A stretch of DNA of 47,514 nt from Planctomycetota bacterium (GTDB lineage Bacteria; Planctomycetota; Planctomycetia; Gemmatales; Gemmataceae): assembly GCA_018970845.1 (NCBI GenBank), contig JAGWVO010000001.1, positions 1 to 47,514 on the forward strand, read 5' to 3'. Positions 44,216 to 47,514 of the stretch are shown in pieces. The translations under genes and the position numbers were made by a program. How positions within the stretch are numbered: position 1 is the first letter of the stretch; every line of letters starts with the position of its first letter. The notes beneath the pieces are model-generated. The model had not been told where the DNA came from. It saw only the letters and a list, made by a program, of their open reading frames with translations, and made no database searches.

Positions 44216-45591
44216 CTTGCCGTGTCTTGGGATTCATCCTGGCCTTCGCCCTGGTGGCGGCCGCGCCCCGGGTTTCCGGCGCCGAGTGGAAGGCGGGCGT
44301 GGCCCGCGCCGTCATCACCCCGGAAAAGCCGGTTTGGCTGGCCGGCTACGGCTCCAGGCGCGTGCCCGAGGGCAAGATTCACGACATCTGGCTCAAGGTC
44401 CTGGCCCTGGACGATGGCCGCGGCCGACGCGCCGTGATGATCACCAGCGACTTCCAGGGCGTGCCCAAGTCGATGAGCGACAGGGTGTTCGACCGGCTGG
44501 CCAAGGAGAAGGGCATCGACCGTTCGCGGGTGATGTTCACCTTCTCGCACAACCACTGCGGGCCCAGGCTGGGCGACGATCTTGTCGACTACTACCCGGT
44601 GGAGGCCGCGCAAGTGGCGTTGGTGGAGGAATACACCACCCGCATGGTCGACCTCACCGTGGAGGCCGTGGGCCGGGCCCTCGCCGACCTCAAGCCGGCG
44701 AAACTCGCCACCGGCACGGGATCCACCACCTTCGCCGTCAACCGCCGCAACAACAAGGAGGCGGAGGTGCCGGCCATTCTCGCCCGCGGCGAGGCGCTCA
44801 AGGGCCCGGTCGACCATGCCGTGCCCGTGCTGGCGGTGTCGAGGCCCGATGGCCGGTTGGCGGCTGTTCTTTTCGGCTACGCGTGCCATCCCACCACGCT
44901 GAGTTTCACCAAGGTGTGCGGCGACTATCCCGGCTTCGCGCAGGAGATGGTGGAGAAAAACCATCCGGGTGTGACGGCGATGTTCGTGAACACCTGCGGC
45001 GGCGACCAGAATCCCCTTCCGAGGCGCACGGTTGAGCTGTGCGAAAAGTACGGGCGCATGCTGGGCGGCGCGGTGGAGGAGGTGCTCAACAAGCCCCTGG
45101 CGCCCGTGGCCCCCGGCGTGGAGGTCGCCTTCGAGATGGTGGACCTGCCCTATCTCAAGGTGGCCGACAGGGCGGAACTGTCGGGCCTTGTCCGCGACAC
45201 GAACGCCATCCGCGCCCGCTGGGCCGCGCGGATGCTGGCCAAGCTCGATGCCGGCGAAAAGTTCGCCGCCTCGCACCCGTACCCCGTGCATGCCTGGAGG
45301 CTGGGGGAGGGAACCATCATGATCGGCATGGGCGCCGAGACCGTGGTGGACTACGCCCTGCGGTTCAAGCGCGCCTACGGCCCGGGAACCTGGGTGTGCG
45401 GCTATGCCGACGACATGCTGGCCTACATTCCCTCGCGGCGGGTTTGGGATGAGGGCGGCTACGAGGGCGGCAGCAACCTGTTCGAATACGGCAGGCCGGC
45501 CTTCCGCTGGGCGCCCGACATCGAGGAACGAATCGCGGCCGCGGTGGACAGGGTGGTGGGCAAGGTGCGGACGGGCGGGCCCGGCCGCTGA
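44212..45591 (+). CDS. Neutral/alkaline ceramidase N-terminal-domain-like hydrolase (paralog 2, exported)
   Basis: Signal 'MTCRVLGFILAFALVAAAPRVSGA'. 'ITPEKPVWLAGY', 'FSHNHCGP', 'LFGYACHPTTL', 'GGDQNPLPR' and 'AYIPSRRVWDEGGYEG'. ATGA overlap with the SBBP gene. Confidence 0.65.
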   Translation: MTCRVLGFILAFALVAAAPRVSGAEWKAGVARAVITPEKPVWLAGYGSRRVPEGKIHDIWLKVLALDDGRGRRAVMITSDFQGVPKSMSDRVFDRLAKEKGIDRSRVMFTFSHNHCGPRLGDDLVDYYPVEAAQVALVEEYTTRMVDLTVEAVGRALADLKPAKLATGTGSTTFAVNRRNNKEAEVPAILARGEALKGPVDHAVPVLAVSRPDGRLAAVLFGYACHPTTLSFTKVCGDYPGFAQEMVEKNHPGVTAMFVNTCGGDQNPLPRRTVELCEKYGRMLGGAVEEVLNKPLAPVAPGVEVAFEMVDLPYLKVADRAELSGLVRDTNAIRARWAARMLAKLDAGEKFAASHPYPVHAWRLGEGTIMIGMGAETVVDYALRFKRAYGPGTWVCGYADDMLAYIPSRRVWDEGGYEGGSNLFEYGRPAFRWAPDIEERIAAAVDRVVGKVRTGGPGR

Positions 45592-45691
45592 AATCATTCG
45601 CCGGATGAACCCTCCGGCCGTTTACCGCCGAGGGGCGGCATGGTAAACAGGGAACTGGCTCATTCAGGAAAACGCAAGCGGGAGACGAGCG

Positions 45692-47170
45692 GTGCGACAC
45701 TTCGACAGGCGCGACTTCGTGGATCAGGCCCTGGTGGCGGCGACCGCCGCGTTGGCCACCGGCGTGACGGCAACGGTGGCACCGAAGGCCCGGGCGGCCC
45801 GCGTGGTGGGCCCCAACGAGAAGATCCGCGTCGCTGTCATTGGCGTCAACGGCCAGGGCGGCGGCCATGTCTCCGAATGGCTCCGCAACCCCGACTGCGA
45901 CCTCGTCGCCATTTGCGATTGCGACCCGGCGGCCTACGAGAAGCTCAAGCCCAAGTTCAAGAGCCTCGCCAAGCCGCCCCGCTACGAGAAGGATGTCCGC
46001 AAGCTTCTCGAGGACAAGAACATCGACGCCGTGTCGATCGCCACCCCCAACCATTGGCACGCCCTCATGGCCGTTTGGGCCATGCAGAGCGGCAAGGATG
46101 TCTATGTGGAAAAGCCCTGCAGCCACAATGTGCGCGAGGGCCGCGTGATGACCCAATGGGCCCGCAAGCTGGGCCGCATCTGCCAGATGGGCGTGCAAAG
46201 CCGCAGCATGACCGGCATGCGTGAGATGCTCGACTTCATCAAGGCCGGCAAGATCGGCAAGGTGACCGAAGCCCGCGCCATTTGCTACCGCCGCCGCGAC
46301 AGCATCGGCCTGGTCGACACCGAGGCGCCGATTCCTCCCGGGCTCGACTTCGACCTCTGGTGCGGGCCCGCCGAGAAGGTGGTGCCCAAGCGCAAGCGCC
46401 TGCACTACGACTGGCACTGGGTGTTCGAGACAGGCAACGGCGACCTTGGCAACCAGAATCCCCACGAACTTGACAAGGCCCGATGGGGACTCGGCAAGCA
46501 GGAATTGCCCAAGCGCGTGGTGAGCCTCGGCGGCCGCCTCGGCTACATCGACAACGGCAATGTCGCCAACTGCCAGGTGACTGTTTACCAATGGGACGAC
46601 GCGATGCTCATCTCCGATGTGCGCGGCCTGCCCATCAAGACCCCCGTCACCTTCGGCCTGAAGGGCGGCCCGTTCCAGGGCGCTTCCAACATCTGGTTCG
46701 GCACCGAGGGATACGCCGTCGGCCCGAACTACAACTCCGGTGTCGCCTTCGACTACAAGGGCAACGAGCTTGGCAAGTGGAAGGGCGGCGACTACCAGTT
46801 GCACTTCGCCAACTTCGTCAAGGCGATCCGCAGCCGCAACCACAAGGACCTTCACCTCGACATCGAGGACGCTCACCTTTCGAGCGCCTTGGCCCACCTG
46901 GGCAATGTGTCGTACCGCATCGGCAAGGAAGTGCCATCAGGCACCCGCCCGAGCCTGATGGCCGACAACAAGCATGTGAAGCAGACGCTCGAGAGCTTCG
47001 AGGCTTACCTCAAGGAGAGCGCCATCGACTTCGACAAGACGAAGCTCATCCTCGGCCGCGAGCTGACGATCAACCCCAAGACCGAGCTTTCCTCCGACGC
47101 CGAGGCGAACGCGCTGTTCACCCGGAAGTACCGCAAGGGCTTCGAGCTTCCCGAGATTCCGAACGCCTGA
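45692..47170 (+). CDS. Tat-exported Gfo/Idh/MocA-family oxidoreductase
   Basis: GTG start. Twin-arginine 'FDRRDFVDQALVAATAALATG', Rossmann 'IRVAVIGVNGQGGGH', and 'VYVEKPCSHN'. Confidence 0.8.
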   Translation: MRHFDRRDFVDQALVAATAALATGVTATVAPKARAARVVGPNEKIRVAVIGVNGQGGGHVSEWLRNPDCDLVAICDCDPAAYEKLKPKFKSLAKPPRYEKDVRKLLEDKNIDAVSIATPNHWHALMAVWAMQSGKDVYVEKPCSHNVREGRVMTQWARKLGRICQMGVQSRSMTGMREMLDFIKAGKIGKVTEARAICYRRRDSIGLVDTEAPIPPGLDFDLWCGPAEKVVPKRKRLHYDWHWVFETGNGDLGNQNPHELDKARWGLGKQELPKRVVSLGGRLGYIDNGNVANCQVTVYQWDDAMLISDVRGLPIKTPVTFGLKGGPFQGASNIWFGTEGYAVGPNYNSGVAFDYKGNELGKWKGGDYQLHFANFVKAIRSRNHKDLHLDIEDAHLSSALAHLGNVSYRIGKEVPSGTRPSLMADNKHVKQTLESFEAYLKESAIDFDKTKLILGRELTINPKTELSSDAEANALFTRKYRKGFELPEIPNA

Positions 47171-47214
47171 ACCGCGGTCAATCTGGCGAGCGTTGGTTGT
47201 CAGTCGCAATTATT

Positions 47215-47272
47215 GGAGATCGTGGGGCGTCAGCCCCATGTTAAGAGGCGATCGTGGGGCGTCAGCCCCATG
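47215..47272. repeat. Tandem REP-like palindromic repeat (2 copies, 32-nt period)
   Basis: GG(A/C)GATCGTGGGGCGTCAGCCCCATG occurs at 47215-47240 and 47247-47272. Each copy contains the hairpin CGTGGGGC-gtca-GCCCCATG. It lies 45 nt after the stop of the upstream gene. Confidence 0.6.
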
Positions 47273-47353
47273 AGCAGCGAGCGAGAAGAGCGAACTCCAT
47301 GAGTCCTTCACGGGCGAAATTCCCACGCCGCACATTCAAGGACCTCAATCACC

Positions 47354-47512
47354 CTACGCCAGTCGGTCGGCCAGCGCGTGCCGGCCCAGCCGGCGGTGAA
47401 TGGAAGCCAAAATCCTGCGCCTTTGGTCGTTATATTCCTTGTCATCGTCCGTGATATTCGACTCCCGCGTTGCCCTAATGAGTCTCAGGGCCAAAGACGG
47501 CTTGCCTTCTCC
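47354..47512 (-). CDS. 3' end of an unidentified minus-strand CDS running off the window
   Basis: My manual translation of the reverse strand gives an open frame '...GKPSLALRLIRATRESNITDDDKEYNDQRRRILASIHRRLGRHALADRLA*' with a TAG stop at 47354-47356. There is no start in the window and I recognise no family. Confidence 0.3.
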   Translation of the reverse strand, partial: GEGKPSLALRLIRATRESNITDDDKEYNDQRRRILASIHRRLGRHALADRLA

Positions 47513-47514
47513 GA

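Noticed and set aside
40333-46897. A chain of very long minus-strand ORFs (40333-41595, 41713-43098, 42812-44167, 44110-45597, 45365-46897) antisense to the plus-strand operon.
   Set aside because: Their translations are Arg/Gly/Ala/Pro/His-rich with no recognisable motifs. The plus-strand frames carry clear family motifs (SGNH blocks, SBBP repeats, ceramidase-like blocks, Rossmann/EKP), signal peptides and RBSs. These are typical shadow ORFs of high-GC DNA.
47254-47454. A 66-aa plus-strand ORF starting inside the second REP-like repeat.
   Set aside because: It starts within a palindromic repeat, is Arg/Pro-rich, and overlaps the more protein-like reverse-strand frame that ends at 47354.
1-47514. 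CRISPR arrays, IS elements/transposases, integrases, prophage genes, toxin-antitoxin pairs and known defence-system genes.
   Set aside because: I saw no spaced direct repeats and no ORF with nuclease, helicase, methylase, transposase or integrase motifs. The only repeats seen are the two REP-like copies at 47215-47272 and intragenic protein repeats (Kelch-like, PD40, SBBP, G/Y/W block).

Overview
A 47.5 kb, high-GC, densely coding chromosomal segment. The gene content points to Planctomycetota or a close PVC relative: two DUF1501 proteins, a DUF1549/DUF1553 protein, a BBP7-type beta-barrel, an SBBP beta-propeller repeat protein, DUF1080, and several TTG/GTG starts. I call 42 CDS (one partial at the window edge), one tRNA-Leu(UAA), two hairpin terminators, one palindromic operator candidate upstream of recA, and one tandem REP-like palindrome.

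Main blocks, in order:
1. A tripartite MFS efflux operon (OMF, HlyD, EmrB-like) on the minus strand.
2. A DUF1501 + DUF1549/1553 pair, then tspO, an SDR and DUF1080.
3. A seven-gene Tad/Cpa-like pilus locus (cpaA, tadE, cpaB, tadG, cpaF, tadB, tadC). No Flp pilin, secretin or TadZ is visible.
4. A TolB-like propeller, then a GAF-PP2C / DUF309 / Kelch-like gene string.
5. A UbiA-like prenyltransferase plus a ceramidase-like protein, then recA, a TPR-like protein, DUF4166 and tRNA-Leu.
6. A five-gene same-strand cluster of uncharacterised exported or outer-membrane proteins, closed by a strong hairpin.
7. skp, lpxC and a Gfo/Idh/MocA gene.
8. An orphan DUF1501, then thiD-selO.
9. A four-gene putative exported hydrolase/oxidoreductase operon that includes an SGNH-esterase::dimethylformamidase-like fusion.

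I saw no CRISPR array, IS element, integrase, prophage or recognisable defence gene. The most plausible undescribed system is the five-gene envelope cluster at 27.6-33.3 kb. The incomplete Tad locus and the 40.4-47.2 kb hydrolase operon come next. All functional calls rest on motif recognition by eye. No database search was run.
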